Positions 13,100 through 28,487 of a stretch of 64,000 nucleotides of DNA are shown here, piece after piece (the stretch's first letter is position 1; the number at the start of each line of letters is the position of its first letter). The notes beneath the pieces are model-generated. The model did not search any database, had not been told where the DNA came from, and saw only the letters and a program-made list of their open reading frames with translations. The stretch covers positions 6,572,001-6,636,000 of the forward strand of contig CM022678.1 in assembly GCA_012295275.1 (NCBI GenBank), written 5' to 3'. A program made the translations under genes and the position numbers. This DNA is from Chrysomallon squamiferum (lineage: Eukaryota; Animalia; Mollusca).

Positions 13100-13458
13100 T
13101 ACCACTCATATGGTTGGTTTAACGGATCACGTGTTTGACACGAGTCATATGATTGGTTTAAACAGTTTGTTAGAGTGAGGAGGTGACTAAATCGAATCAT
13201 TATGATTCTGTTAAATACAAAAATGAAATCTGCACCGTGGCAAGACAGTTGTTTTAACAGCACCAACAGTTTTCAGTCAAAGAGTGACTCAGCATTTCTT
13301 AAAATTATCATTCTTCGTCGACTGCTTTATTTAAAAAAAAAAAATCGTCTGAGCTTGTATAGATGTACTGATATGAGAACACTGAGCGATGTTTACTAAT
13401 GTTAGAAGGTTGTCAGGTTTCCTTTCATTTTAGAAAACAGCTAGGTTTGTATCAATGT

Positions 13459-13520
<62 letters not shown>

Positions 13521-14490
13521 AGGAAAATAAATTTGGTTTCTAATCAATTCCCAAATATACCACATTTTTAGTGACGTCGTTCGCAAAAGTGTGACGTTTA
13601 TTTTGACGTCAGAACTCTGTCTGAATTGGGTGAGAAAAATGCTACGTTTGTTTTTATATCAAGAAAACTGTAAATGGATTTATTTGAGAACATTGTTTAA
13701 GGTTTTTGCTGGTATCAGAACACTGTCTGATTTGAATATATGTGAAAAAAAATGTCACGTTTGTTTCGATGTGTGTGATAGTTACACTTTGAAATCGTTT
13801 AATTTTTCTTCTCATAAGCACTTCACACGACATCACGATCCGTGATGAGTTTTATTAATGATTTCAAATCTTTCTGAACAAACGCAGGAGATCCTTTTAA
13901 AGTACACCATTCCATCTTGTTACTTAATACAACAGCAAAGAGCTGAAGAAGTTACTCATCTTTTACTTACAAACGTATTAACCAAAATGATTTCTCTTTC
14001 CATGTTATAAAATCAATTCTCGCAAATGTTTTTAAGAGTTCAGCACGGTTTTCGCATCATAAGCTTTAGTGTTATGCAACTGGATTTGAAATGAAACTGT
14101 GTTGACCTTACACGATGCAGTTTTCGACAATGCTTCTGTTTAGAGGAGTAAGGAATAGGTTTAGCATATCTAAAAAAAAAGAATATATTATTCGTCTTGT
14201 ATAGAGAAATGATAGCCTTTTTGCTGTAGTCATTTATTATATTTCTTGACTGCTTAGTGAAACGGTTGATCTACAGTCATTTATTATACTAGTTTACTAT
14301 TTAGTCTTCTGTGGAGTAGTCAAATATTTTTCTGTAGTCATTTATTATCTTAATTGCTACTTAGTCATGAGTAGAATAGTCAAACATTTTTCTGTTGTTA
14401 TTTATTATGCTAGTTTACTATGTAGTCAAGAGTAGAGTAGTCAAAACATTTTCTGTAGTCATTTATTATTTTATTACTACTTAGTCATGA
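13100..14490 (+). pseudogene. Third, CDS-less relic of the duplicated GPCR's 5' region (promoter/5' UTR exon plus intron repeats)
   Basis: 13125-13250 (gatcacgtg...atgattggtt.aaacagtttgt...aaaaatgaaatctgcac) matches 300-425; 14225-14490 matches the ~60-bp intronic repeats at 1390-1610; no GPCR CDS follows. Confidence 0.65.
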
Positions 14491-16900
14491 ATGAGTATGT
14501 GAAGAACGGGACAACTAATGAAAGTAAATTATTTTCTGAAAACTGATTTTAAATTGATAGTTGTTATGTTTTTACTTTTCTTTTCTTTTTTTCTTTTCTT
14601 TAAAAAATTCTTAACGGAAGTTTGTTTGAAATGTTTGATTTATTTTGTCTTTAATCTGTTGATGAATTTTTTTTTTTTTTTCGGTCTTATTTTCATATTG
14701 TTGATGAAGGTTTTTAAATTGCTGATGAGTGTTCCTTTTAAATTTCTCATGAAATTTTTGTATTTATATTCTTTTTAAACTGATAACAACACTTGTTTGT
14801 TTTTTGTGGGTTCTTTTTGGTCCTTTTTGTTTTTATTTTTCTAAAGCTAATTGCACAAAGTTTTAGCATAGAAACAATTATATTGAATTTCTTAATTTGA
14901 TTAACTTTTTAGAGCCATTGGCAGTAGACTGTTTCACCGATTTTTCATTCTTTGCGCATCGTAAATAAGTTCTTTACAATTTCTGGAAATATTTGGAAAG
15001 GATGATGGGCACTGATGACATAGCAGGAAAGCAAGGGTGAGGTAACTCTGAACCATTGTGAGTTATTGTCTTAAAATAGATTTCTGTCGTCTGCGAGAAC
15101 ATTCGTGTAGTACAGCACACATCTGATGTATTTTCCACTCAGTACAGTTGAAAAGTAAATGAAAAAAACAAAAAAAAAAGAAGAAAAGTGCTTAATTTAT
15201 TTACTTTTGAAAAATACAAATGAAATTTCTATGAATAAAATTGTTATTAATATTTATAAAAATATAATATACATATATTTTTTGTTCTTCTTCTTCAAAA
15301 AAATTAAATTCCAAGAAAACAAATATCTAATAAATAGCTGATTGATGCCAAACGTCTTTCATTAATATTATTGTTATTGTTGTTATTATTATTGTTGTTG
15401 TTGTAGTTGTTGTTATTATTACCATCATTATTATCACTATTATTATTATTATCATCATCACCATCACCATCATTATTATCACTATTATTATTATTATTAT
15501 CATTATTATTATTATTATTATTACTATTCAGCATACATTTATGAAAATATTTCATAGATATCAAGAGTAAAATGCAAAGACTACAAAAATAAGTTTAGCA
15601 CTTAACATACGAAAACAGTTGTAATTGTTTGTTATTAACGATTAAAAGTCATAAAATCGTAACTTTTTTGCAAGTATAAAATATTATTTTTGGAAGATTC
15701 TTTCGTAATGTTATGCGTACAGTTAATTATGACATATATATATATAAATATACACACATACACACACACACATACATACATATACATTATATATATACTG
15801 AGTTAAACAGTAATTTCTTATCAGTTTGTAATTTATACAAAACATTATATACATTATAGATAGAAACTGCACAACACATTAACTTACATATTAATTATTT
15901 GTTCATAAAATAATTATTAAATACAGAATATACATTTAAATAAAAAGTATTTAAGACACATAATTAAGCATTTACTTATTTTTATGTTATACAAATTAAA
16001 AAATAACCACAACAATATGTATTTCACTTGGAATATTAATCCAAATATAAACATGATCCTCAGTTGCTTTTGATAGGTGAAAAATATTGCATGATGAAAC
16101 TGCTAGATTCGAACTGTTAAAACTGTCTGACTACAGGCGAAAATGTTAATAAATTTGTTTCATTTGACGTTTAGAAATCGTCTACAGATTTCATTATTTT
16201 TATTTTTAAGAAAAACTAAGACGTTTGATGAGTCAAAGTGAATTGGATACCAAGACTGGTATTCAGAATGTTTCTCAAATCATGATTATAAATTGATCTA
16301 TCTTTGAATTTCATCAAATTCATTTCAGTAATCACAATGTCACGTATTCTCTTGAAAGATTAGACAGAATTCAAATGTTGACTACACCAGACATTACGTT
16401 TCCTTCCTCAGATTGATTTACGACAGATTAATATGACTACCGTTCACTTTGTCAACACTTCTTCAAAAACGTTTTCATTGTGTCTCACCATTTCCCTGAT
16501 AAGCTGTAAAGGCTCACATCTTATGTACACTGATATCATCTAGTGTGAATAAAAGCTCTTTCATAAGCTGAGCTTACAAGCTGTAAAGGCTCGCTTCTTA
16601 TGCACGTTGAAATAATCTGTTCTATAGTACACGTTTTGTACACGTTCAAGAGTTATTTTGTTTCGCTTATCTTTTACGTTCTTTACAATAATCTGTTGTC
16701 TCGCTGATCTCTTGTATACATTGTATTCATCTGTATGGCTTATATCTTACACACAATATGTTGAAATGACCGTTGGCAAGATCTTCTTATATATATATAT
16801 ATTTCCATAATACAAATGTAAAAATTTTAATCTTCGATAGCAAAGAAGGCTTCATCTTTGATATTAACTAATTAAGTTTCATCTGTGATTTTTACAAATT

Positions 16901-18017
16901 TTAATTAGGTGCATTTTTCTCCAAAGAGCACAGCAACATCGCAATTTGGTTTTGAGGATGTGACGGTAGTTAGCTGAACTTGCAAGCAATATGAAAAAGT
17001 TCTGTGCAAAATTGAACGTATAGATTGTAAGAAAGATATATCTGGCATTCATAAGATGTGCCCAAGTGGTATCATCGCCTGGGATATACAAGTAGACACA
17101 TTCCCAGACAGATATTGGTAACAACGTAACTAGAGCGCAAAAGCTAACTAGCAGTGATGGCCATGACTTTGTTTGTTTGAAACTGATCTTTCCCTGGGTG
17201 GATTCTAAGGAACATTTGTTTCTGAAACGATTACTCTTTCGGATGTACACAATTATTCGTACGTTTAGAACGAAAAGAAACAAACAAGGAATGGGCCCGG
17301 CCATGATTCGAATGATGATGTGATAGACCTTCACCGTTTCTAACAAAAAGCATGGCAGATCACCAAAGAATGTTGCGGTGACGTGTAGACTCTGGAAACT
17401 TGAATTTTTAAGGTAACACTGACTGAACACGTAATCTGGGTAGTCATCTGCTATGTATCGCGAAGTGATCAACAGGGAGACCGCGAGAACGCAACAACAG
17501 AAGAAATACGCTTTGCGGCGCGTACAGAATTTTTCTCGTATCAATGGGTGACAAATACAAATGCATCTGTCCAGCGAGAGACCAACCAGCAACCACGGCG
17601 ACGTAATGATCGGAAACTTGACGAAAACACACCGCAGCCAACATGGAATATTTTCGTAGATATCTGGAAAGTTTATCATAGGAAAAGACATAATAGCATC
17701 ATATCCTTTGATTAAGAGAACGAGGCTGTCAGAAAGAGCCAAAAATTCAAATAAATCGGGTACGAAAGAGCAGCAAGTTTATTTTCGCTCGTCAGAACAA
17801 ACACTAAAGCGTTGGCAGGAACACCTATACACATCAGAAGTATGTGAATGCCGGCAACGTCAGAAGCAGTCAGTTGATAGATGCCACCAGTATTATGAAG
17901 TACTGCTGTGACGCTGTTCGTGACGTCACGAGCAGTCAGTGCAGGATTTAGTGTTGTGACGTTGTCCGTGACGTCACCAGTAGTCAATGCAGGATTCAGT
18001 CTTGTAACGTTGTCCAT
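16901..18017 (-). CDS. Class A 7TM GPCR, copy B (inverted paralogue of 1742-2811); 1-bp deletions at ~17741-17745 and ~16914-16918 (about 372 aa if repaired)
   Basis: ORFs 17712-18023 and 16879-17742 are nearly identical to copy A. Copy A reads through B's first break in frame (YLNFLALSD). As assembled, B's frame runs on to a stop at 16879. Confidence 0.85.
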
Positions 18018-18354
18018 TCTCACAAGATTCGCTACAAACTGAAAATAAATTCAACAAATGACTAATCACTCAGATTATTTAATTGTAGTGTTATTCTGAT
18101 TAACAGTTCTGTAAATTTTATAAACTTATAAATTATTACTGACTAAAAAATTGAAATTTTTTTTAGTAAAGTAGATAATAAATGAACGTAACAAAGAGTT
18201 TAGCTACTGTACACATGACTAAGTTGTAAATGAACGTTAAACTACATCTACACGTAACTAAGACGTAAACGTAGGATAATGAATTACTATAGAAAATGTT
18301 TTACTACTCCACACATGACTAATGTAGTAAAGTAATATAACAAATGAGTACAAA

Positions 18355-18565
18355 CCTCGCAATTTTCAAACATTAGTACAAAACTGATAAATTTCTAACA
18401 TTATTACAAAACTGACATTTTTGTAGCATTACTAAAAAAATTAACAATGTTCTAACATTACTACAAAACTGACAATTTGCTACAAGACTGACAACTTTGT
18501 AACATGAGTTCAAAATTGAAATATTCCTTAACATTGCAATAAAACTGAAAATTTTCTAACATTAA
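18355..18565. repeat. Shorter inverted copy of the 28-bp minisatellite in GPCR copy B
   Basis: Units such as aaactgataaatttctaacattattac; about 7 copies. Confidence 0.8.
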
Positions 18566-18978
18566 GAATTAACAGTTTTAAGTGACCTCAGTACATACCT
18601 GATTGTATTTCTCTTAAAGAAAACACAGAAAGGAAATTCAAAAAATGTTAGGAAATGTTGTGTCTTAGCTCTGACGGCAACTGTTTGCGATTGTCCAGAC
18701 TTCGTTTTTGTATTCTGAATCACGTGATTCAGTATGAGTCGCACATTCAGTATGACGCCGGTCACATGAGTCGCATTAAACACGTGACCTGTTACATGAC
18801 TGACAAGTGATAAATGATCAACCAATAAAATTTGAGAATTTCCGTAATGCAATATCCAAACAAAAAATAAAAAAAAAAAAAAAAATAAAAACTGATTGAT
18901 TTTTAAGTACGTGATCAATATTTTCGTTTGTTTTCTCTTCTTTCTTTCTAAAAATTTTCCTGAGCGAGTTTAGCATGT

Positions 18979-19115
<137 letters not shown>

Positions 19116-19212
19116 TTAGTTAAAACTGCTTATCAGTTTTTCTTGTGAATGTTGGAATTGCGAAATGCAGAGAGGGCCTACCGAGTTCGATTTGTTTTCC
19201 GACTTTAAATTA

Positions 19213-19257
<45 letters not shown>

Positions 19258-19686
19258 AGTGTACCTGTGACAGAATGATTTACTGTGCTAACTAGCTGGA
19301 GTAGCTTGTGACGGCTCAGGATGGCTTACCAACAATGTAGAAAAAAGCGGAAACACCGAAGTGATGATAGCCTAACTTAACGACAATGGTAACCAGGAAA
19401 CGTAGATGCGGGCAGACATACACACACTAATAATACAAGAAGCCAATATAAACATCCCGGACGTTGATTAAAGTAGCTGAAATGAAAATCTTATCAATAA
19501 TTTAAAAGCTTTTGAGTCAGAAAATAGGAAGCGATATAAACGAAGACAGTAGTGTTAAGCTTACGTAATTGTATTCTTTTTCCTCTGACTTTTCGATTGA
19601 TATAACACAGTTTTTATTCATTTTTTTATTTTATTTTTTATTATTATTATTATTATTATTAAAATGCTTATAGAGGTATTAAACAA

Positions 19687-19733
<47 letters not shown>

Positions 19734-21203
19734 GAGAGAGAGATGCACTTATTTAATCTGTATCTATATTTCATCTAACAGTAATGTTTGTATCTGGACT
19801 CAACGACGATGAGAAAATTTCGTCACGCACTGACTCACAATCAGTAAACGTCGCTGCAGCTCATTCTCCAGCTGTGTTTTTTCATTGATCTTTGTCAGCA
19901 TTCCAGGGCCGGACCCTAGTATTCAAACTATGCTGGGTCCCATTGTTTTCAGTGGTGTAACTTTCACGTTGGAAGACATCAAATTATAAAGAAAACGAAA
20001 CCTGTACAGTAAAACACAAATAGCTTTGAGGGCCGCAAGACAAACCATGATTAGGTCTGGGCATCTGTCATAGGTATATACTAATTCATACACTACTGTA
20101 CTGCTTTTGAAAGTTCCTTTATGAATTCATTTGAATAAATAAGTTTGACATGTGCAGAGGCAGCAGGCAAGCTGTTGCAGTGTGTTTTATTTGTAAACAG
20201 TAAACTGTTTAATTTTCTTGCACACGTTTGCACTGTAGGTGTGTTTATAATTCACCATGGGTTCTCAATGCACGTGAGTATTGTTATATGTATTTATGTA
20301 TCTGTTAATCTTATTTTGCTTTAGACTTAAACTATTCATTTGTAAGTGACATTTCCAAGGCGGAACGTTTCGGAGTAATTCGGTATTTATCGGCATGAGT
20401 TGGAGCTTATGAATGGCGGCGGAAGACTGGGAACTGCATTGTGTTACGCTGTATTGATTATAAGAAATTAGACTGGATTTCTGCACGAAATCAAAACTAA
20501 AATATTTTACGGAAACTCACGAAGCGAATATTAACGATTCGATCGCTGGGTTTTGGATGGTAGTTATAATCAATATATGAATAATTATTATTTCTAATAA
20601 AGATGCGAGAACTGCAAACTTAAAAACAGCAAATATAATGATAACTTTAAAATTATGCGTGACAGTGTGTCGTTTTCCAGTAAACTGAATGAAATGGGAT
20701 TTATTATTATCATTCTAAAGCTACCTTCTGCTATTATTATTACGTTACTACTACTACTACAACTACTACCACTACCACTACCACCACTATTTTATTCTGT
20801 TGTTGTTGTTGTTGCTGCTTCTATTGCTTTTTGTGTTGTTATAACATTATATTACAAAAAATATTATATACACTAAATATATGCACTCATTCTGACGAAT
20901 TAGAAAATTTAAATCGATTTTCACCAACTGGTGAGAAAATAATATTGTCATACAATACATTTATAGAAATATTAGACCGAAAAACAATTTTTTTTTATTT
21001 TTAAAAGCATTATTAAAATTCACGTTAAATGATAAAATAAAATAAAACACATACAAATATATGGCGGTATCCATATATAAATAATGACATCTGCTGTTGT
21101 GGGAGACATTTTGAAAATTTTGGCCGTCTTCCAATTAAATCCAATGGAGAGAGGAGAATTATATATATATATATATATATATATATGGATGGATGGATGG
21201 ATG

Positions 21204-21236
<33 letters not shown>

Positions 21237-23066
21237 ATAAATAAATAAATAAATAGATAAATAGATAGATAGATATATAGATAGATATTGTTCAGGCTGT
21301 TGTAATATTAGTACTATGGGAGTAATATGTGTTGAGGTTGCAGTGTTATTGATCATAGATGTAGGGGTTGCATGTTTTATTGAAGTAGTAGTAGTTGTTG
21401 ACGTGTTAGTTTTAGTTGAAGTCGCGGAAGCAGGTATAGGAGTCGTTGTAGTGGTAATATCAGTAGCTTTAGTTGTAGGACTTGTAGCTGTAGTAGTAAT
21501 AGTAACAATAACGTAGTGGTAGTTGTAGTGAAAACAGTAGCAGTATTAGATGTAGAAGCATAGTAATAGTTGTATTAGTATGTTTCAGTGAAAAGAGTAG
21601 TTGTAGTAGTTGCTGTTGTAGTAGCAGTGGTAGTTATAGTGGTAATAGTAGCAGTTTCGCAATAGTTGTCGTAGTAGTAGTAGTAGTAGTAGAAGTAAAA
21701 GTAGTACCTGCAGTTGAAATGGTCGTAGAAGGTATAGTTCTAGTTGTAGTAGTAGCTGTAGTTGCAGCGATGTCAGCAGCTGTGTCATAATAGTTGTAGG
21801 AGTAGTTACTGTAATGAAAACCGTAGAAGTAGTAGTTGTTGTAGTAGTAGTATACTTGTAGCAGTAGTACTTGTTGAAATAGCCGTACAAAGCGCAATTC
21901 TACTAGTAAGAGGGTCTTTCCGTGTGAAAAAAATGAGTCCTCATCCACCTATGGCTTTGACAAACGTTAGTATCTGTGTTAACCGAAGCTGATATTTTCA
22001 CTGTTAAACTGAAGGGAGAGGCCTTTTTCCAAGATTCACTTTCTTCCCAACCTTTATAATTTTGACCAAAATGGGACGTGACCACGAAATGTTCTGCAAC
22101 CAAATGGTTACTCTTGCCGACATGGAATTTTTAGAAAGAAAATTTTAAAAACCGTTCCAGGACTGTTATTAATATTTAAAGTGGGATAATCTGTAGAATA
22201 ACGACCTTTGTGACCTTTACTTTGACCTCGTGGATCTCAGAACCATGAAATGGCCTTGAAATTTATTAATAATAATAATAATTAATTATTAATAATAATA
22301 TAATAATAATAATAATACTAAACATTTAAATATAAAATTACATTATTATTATTATTATTATTAATATTATCATTATGTTAGCCTGTAAAATTAAGCATCA
22401 CACACGTCATAAAATCTTATTTATCGATCGGATTACAATTTATCGCGTGACGTCATTGATACAGCAAGTGTTAATTAGCAGACGGCATTAGAAAAGAATG
22501 TATCTTAACATTAAATAAAGAAACACACCGTAATACGCTTCCATAGATAAAATATTATTATCATATTCGCTTTTATTAAATTAATCCGTTACAGAATTCG
22601 ACTGATCCATAAATAACTAAAATGTTGTTTGCGATATCAGTCCATATTTTCTTACGAAATCCTTTTTTATTATGACATTTCTTTCCTGTCGTAGTAAGTA
22701 GGTGTACTGTCGTTTGTACAGTTAAATGGAGTTATCCCCTTACTTGGTTAAACATCCATTGTAACAGTTCGATATTGTTCACATACCGCACACAGACACG
22801 CAACTTAATTACTTTTTATTATTATCATTATTATTTATTATTTTATTTTTTATTTATTTTTAAAATTACACATACAAAATAGTACTGAAATACAGCAGGC
22901 CCATATATATTAAAGTCATACACCGAACACTAATAATAATAACAACAACGGTAATTATTATTATTGTAACAACAACAACAACAACAGCAGCTTCTGCTAC
23001 TACTAACTAACCACATCATCAACGGTAATACTACTACTATTACAATAAAGATCAAGTCGTTAACCG

Positions 23067-23115
<49 letters not shown>

Positions 23116-23433
23116 CATCATCATCATCAACATCATCATCATCGTCGTCGTCGTCACAGCATTAACAGGTGCGATTTCTGTTATCAACACCACAATCAAC
23201 ACTACTACTATAAAACAGCAATTCCAGTTATTCGGTTCGCCTCGATTTGCAAATGGCGGAGAACGTTGTTGTCCCTCGCTCAACTAATTCTTTAAAAAAA
23301 CATAGCAACTAAATAATAAATCATTGTCAATTTTCCAGCCTGGCGTGAATTTAATTACAGTATCGGTAGATAATGAGTATGTATCACTGTGACTGCAGAA
23401 TTAAAATATATTACGAAACTATAGACGAAAAGT

Positions 23434-23466
<33 letters not shown>

Positions 23467-23692
23467 AGTGTAACAACGTTTTTCCTCCATTCCGGTTGCG
23501 CACCTGCGAACAAGTCAATATTTTTCACAGGCCATCTATTTAGCAATTTGTGACAGCTTGCACGGTAATAACTTATTTGTATTATAACTAATATCTGCAC
23601 TGTTTGCACTAGACTTGCACGTCGGCATTTCTGTCTGAAACGATAATAAACAAGAAAAATAAAGCGTGTATGCTATTAGAAGCAAATTGATA

Positions 23693-23724
<32 letters not shown>

Positions 23725-24084
23725 TAATGCATTTGGTTGATTTACGAAGCAAACATAAAACGTTAAATATAAATAAAGTTTGCATGGTTAATGAAACAAA
23801 ATTATATTTAAAAATTTGATTGCAGCAAACTTACGTTAAACGCAAAATAAAGTTTTCTGAACCAGTAAAACGTGTATTGTTTTGTATGAAACAAAAATAC
23901 TAGGGTCATTGCAGGGTGGAAAGTAAGTAACTGTGTAGTTTGAATGCAGAATTAACGCAACCGACACATAAATAATAAGAGGTGGAAATTAGAAAGCAAT
24001 TAAATAAACAAATATGTGTCAAATAAAGTAAAAATTAAAAACAATGAAATAAAATAAAATAAAATAAAGAATAACCATAATTAA

Positions 24085-24169
<85 letters not shown>

Positions 24170-24239
24170 CATAATATCAATAATAATAATAATATTCAAA
24201 ACAACAACCACAACAACAACAACAACAACAATAATAATA

Positions 24240-24281
<42 letters not shown>

Positions 24282-25962
24282 TAAATCTCTTTTCATGAGA
24301 CATATAGAATTCGGATCAGCATAAACACGAATAACAAATAAATATTAAAAAAAAAAAAAAAAAAAAAAAATGTCCCAGAGAAATGAACAGAACGCCGCTC
24401 TTTTCAAAATTAAATTAACAGAAAAAAAAAAAAAAGGAAAAAAAAAAAAAAAAAAAAAAATAAAAAAAAAAAATAAATAAATAAATAAATAAATAACGCA
24501 CGTAACAGAGTGAACGAGTGAGTGAAGAACATTAACGCGCTAATCAGAGCGAGCTGGTGTGAAACCACTGCTGCAAGTGACGTCATTACTGCAGGCAAAT
24601 TAAACACATTCAAACGCGCAGGTCAGTTTAACGTATTATTATTATAAACGAAGTCATCGGATAAATTAACAGACTGTGAACACAAAAGTAGACAATAAAC
24701 AGGGCGCGAAGACATTGTTAAATTAAATAAAATAAATATGTCAAGGATAGGTACTGCACGAATTCACCTGCTGCATAGTTAGTCTCTGTACAGCTTTGTA
24801 AAAAAAAAATGAAAAAGCAATACTTTAAAATTTGACGGACACCGTTTGTCGAAAACTTAGACACGTGTGAATTAAATATGTAAATATATTACATACACCT
24901 CTTCGCGATAACTGTTAATAAAATTAATATTTCGTCCTTACGTAATCTATATGAAATGAAATTGTTCAGTACTTATGTAAATTCTGTTAATAGATAATTT
25001 AATGCACACAAATAAAAAAAAATTAAAAAAAATACGGCTTATGTTGTTTCGACGGGTTAAGTCTTCAGGAATATGACATGATAAACTGGAATCAAAACTC
25101 GATATGCGCTTTTTTTATCCAGTCAGTTATAGAAAATCAATATGGACATTAAAATAAGTTATTTATTGATAAAGGCCATAATCCATACATACACCACACA
25201 TATACACATACATATTTACATATGCATACATGCATGCATAAACCAATATATACTACATAGTTACATGCATAAATAAATATGTATGTATATATATATATAT
25301 ATATACAAACACACATACATACATACACACACATACATACATAAAAAACATACAGACCTATATCTGCCTAAAAATAATGGGTATTAATATATTTTTCTTT
25401 CAAATTGTAATAATAACATCTATTTTGCAAATAAAATACTACTACTACTACTACTACTTCTACTACGACTACTACTGCAGCTGTTGCTGCTGCTGCTGCT
25501 ACTACTACTACTCCTAATACTACTACTACTGCTACTACTACTAAATTAATTAATTAATTACGATTAATTAATTTTATTCTGCCCTTAGAGTATTCAGTTT
25601 TCCCTTTCCGAATATCCGCAAAGAGCAAGTCTACATTAACACTTTCCCATTATCCTGTTCATCAAACTGTTCCCGAGCAAGAATTCCTTTTCTGCTGAAA
25701 ATCAATCGAGAGTCACGTGACTTCTAGTAAAAATTACAGTCGTAAATTTGTTGCAGAATCGCTTAGTTGGATCCACACATTTCTTGTTTTGTAGTTTTTG
25801 TGACTCTTTTCATGATTTGTTAACCAAACGCTTGTAAGTAAAAATTGTTAAAAATTATTATTATTATTATTATTTTTTTTTTTTTTTTGCATTGAGGTTT
25901 CGACCTTATAGACATTGTTGCATGTTACTTTGTCATCTGAAAAATCATTTGTTATAAAAAAA

Positions 25963-26045
<83 letters not shown>

Positions 26046-27084
26046 TAGTGTTAATCATTTAGTTCATACTGTATGCTGATAACGTTTGTATTCTCTTTAC
26101 TACTACTACTACTACTACTAACACTACTAATACTCCTATTGCTGATGCTACTACTACTACTACTACAGCTAAGGCTACTGTAGCTAGTACCACTTCGACA
26201 GTTATTGCTACTGCTACAGCAACTTCCACTGCTATTAGTAGTAGTAGTACTACTACTAGTGCTACTACTATTACTACTACTATTTCTACTGCTACTACCA
26301 CTACCACTACTACTACTACTACTACGTCAACTACTACTGCTATTGCTATTACTGCTACTGCTGCTGTTGCTGTTGTTGCTGCTGCTGTTACTACTACTAT
26401 TAGAACTAACGCTATATTCATTATTACTCCTACCACTACTATTACTACTACTACTACTACTAATATGTCAGTAATTCATATTTAGCAACTTGTAGCTAAC
26501 TTTTGATTATTTTTGTTATATATTTATTTCATAATAATAACAACAACAACAACAACAACAACAACAAGAATAACAACAACAGTAATATAAACAATTTTAA
26601 CATAACTATTCATATTTCGCTTTTTTCTTAATCAAACAAAACCAATCTTCATTGATGTTCCTTGGGGAACTATTTCCCCTTCTAGACAAGGCTCCATCGT
26701 TCGGGTTTCTCCTCTGTTATCATTATTACAGAAAAAAAGAAGAAAAAAATGGCGCTAATTTGACACCCGTTTACTTTTAATAATGCATCAAACTAATTAG
26801 TCGATAATAATTAATGCATTTTATCTTACAATTTCTGAATAAAATAGCCGTTTATTTAAGTAGGATTTTTTTTTTTTTTTTAATATTTTTTGGATAACGT
26901 TTGTTGAAATGCACGTTAATAAAAGCAGACATTATTATTCCAATAATGATGACATCAAACATCCACTGTTTTATTCGTCAATTAATGACAAACAACGCTA
27001 TTATTAAAATATACCTCATATACTGAATACGTTATTATATATAGATTTTATATGCGCATATGTTTATAATGTATATGTGTATAT

Positions 27085-27129
<45 letters not shown>

Positions 27130-27417
27130 GATAGATGGACAAACAAATATATGTCAGGAACAGCTGGTGATTGTCTTAATATATCTTTTTTTTTTCCTGC
27201 GAAGGATAGAATGACTGTGTACAACGAGACTCTGCCGAGCTGTAATTGAGCAGAATAAGACAATAACCTGTTATTACTTTTATCCTGCAGTGTTAAATGA
27301 CATAAAATCATAAATTCACTTATTTCTCAACTCATCGTTGTAGATTCAAGCGTTTTCTCATTTCATTGTCGCCAACTAGATATCAAAACAGACTAGTTCT
27401 TATATATTTATTATTAT

Positions 27418-27494
<77 letters not shown>

Positions 27495-27637
27495 TTACTA
27501 TTAGTATTACTATTATTATTATTATTACTATTATTATTTTATAATTAATTGGAAACTGTTTCCAAAGTGCTCTTTTAACATCTAAACCAGCAGTTAAAAC
27601 ACTAAAGAAGTAGCTTTGAACAATAAAGATATTGATT

Positions 27638-27683
<46 letters not shown>

Positions 27684-27886
27684 CAGATAATAAGCAATTA
27701 CAGTACTGACAGTATGATGATGACAATGATAATTTACGATGATGATAATAATCTACAATGAAGTTGACGATGAGTTTGATGATGATGATGATAATAACGA
27801 TAACGACGACAACGACAACGACGATGTCTATGATAATGGCAAATTGATTCTCTCTTTTTTTCCTCTTTTATTAATTAATTAACTTT

Positions 27887-27917
<31 letters not shown>

Positions 27918-28360
27918 TTATTATTATTATTAGTAGTAGTAGTAGTAGTAATAGTAGTAGTAGTAGTAAGAATGATCGAAATGGCTAATAATATAACTAC
28001 TGCTACTACCACTATAATTACTACTACTACTACCACTATAATTACTATTACTACTACTACTACTACAACTACTACAACTACAACTACTACTACAATTACT
28101 ACTACAACTACTACTACAACTATTACTACAACTACTACAGTTACTACTACAATTACTACTACTACAACAACAACTACTACTACTACACTACTACTACACT
28201 ACTACTCTTACTACTACTACTACAACTACTACAACTACTACTACAATTACTACTACAACTACTAAAGTTACTACTACAATTACTACTACCACTACTACTA
28301 CAACTACTACTACTACTTTATTTTTTATTCATTTATTTAACTTTTTAATTTTGCATACAG

Positions 28361-28487
28361 CAAACCGCTACAAAAGCGTACAAAGATGATGAAACAGGGC
28401 TTTAAAAAGAAGTCGTCACTGGACGACACACACAAGAGCATGACGAGAGAAATGAGCGAAGAGCAAATCAAAGAATTTGACACGAAG
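28361..28487 (+). CDS. EF-hand gene, first identified exon
   Basis: catacag acceptor, AAG|gtcaga donor; encodes MSEEQIKEF, resembling the calmodulin N-terminal helix. Confidence 0.75.

Larger units (their letters stand above)
14620..18920 (-). repeat. Right arm of the inverted segmental duplication
   Basis: Reverse complement of the left arm, lacking left-arm segments ~2960-3380 and ~4497-5706 and with a shorter 28-bp array. Confidence 0.9.

Noticed and set aside
13900-14140. Possible decayed LINE reverse-transcriptase fragment (cagcacggttttcg = QHGFR)
   Set aside because: Only a five-residue motif; surrounding frames do not give a convincing RT alignment by eye.
19904-20068. cagggccggaccctag ... 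ttaggtctgggcatctg as hAT-type MITE ends
   Set aside because: Right end matches poorly and no target-site duplication is evident.
22200-22230. tgacctttactttgacct (also ~40898) as a nuclear-receptor response element
   Set aside because: Short TGACCT arrays are common in such genomes; no further support.
25040-25085. Minus-strand CTGAAGA-cttaacccgtc-GAAAC resembling a minimal hammerhead ribozyme core
   Set aside because: Stem II closing pair is C-C and I could not form stems I and III or find a cleavage triplet; an Infernal search would be needed.
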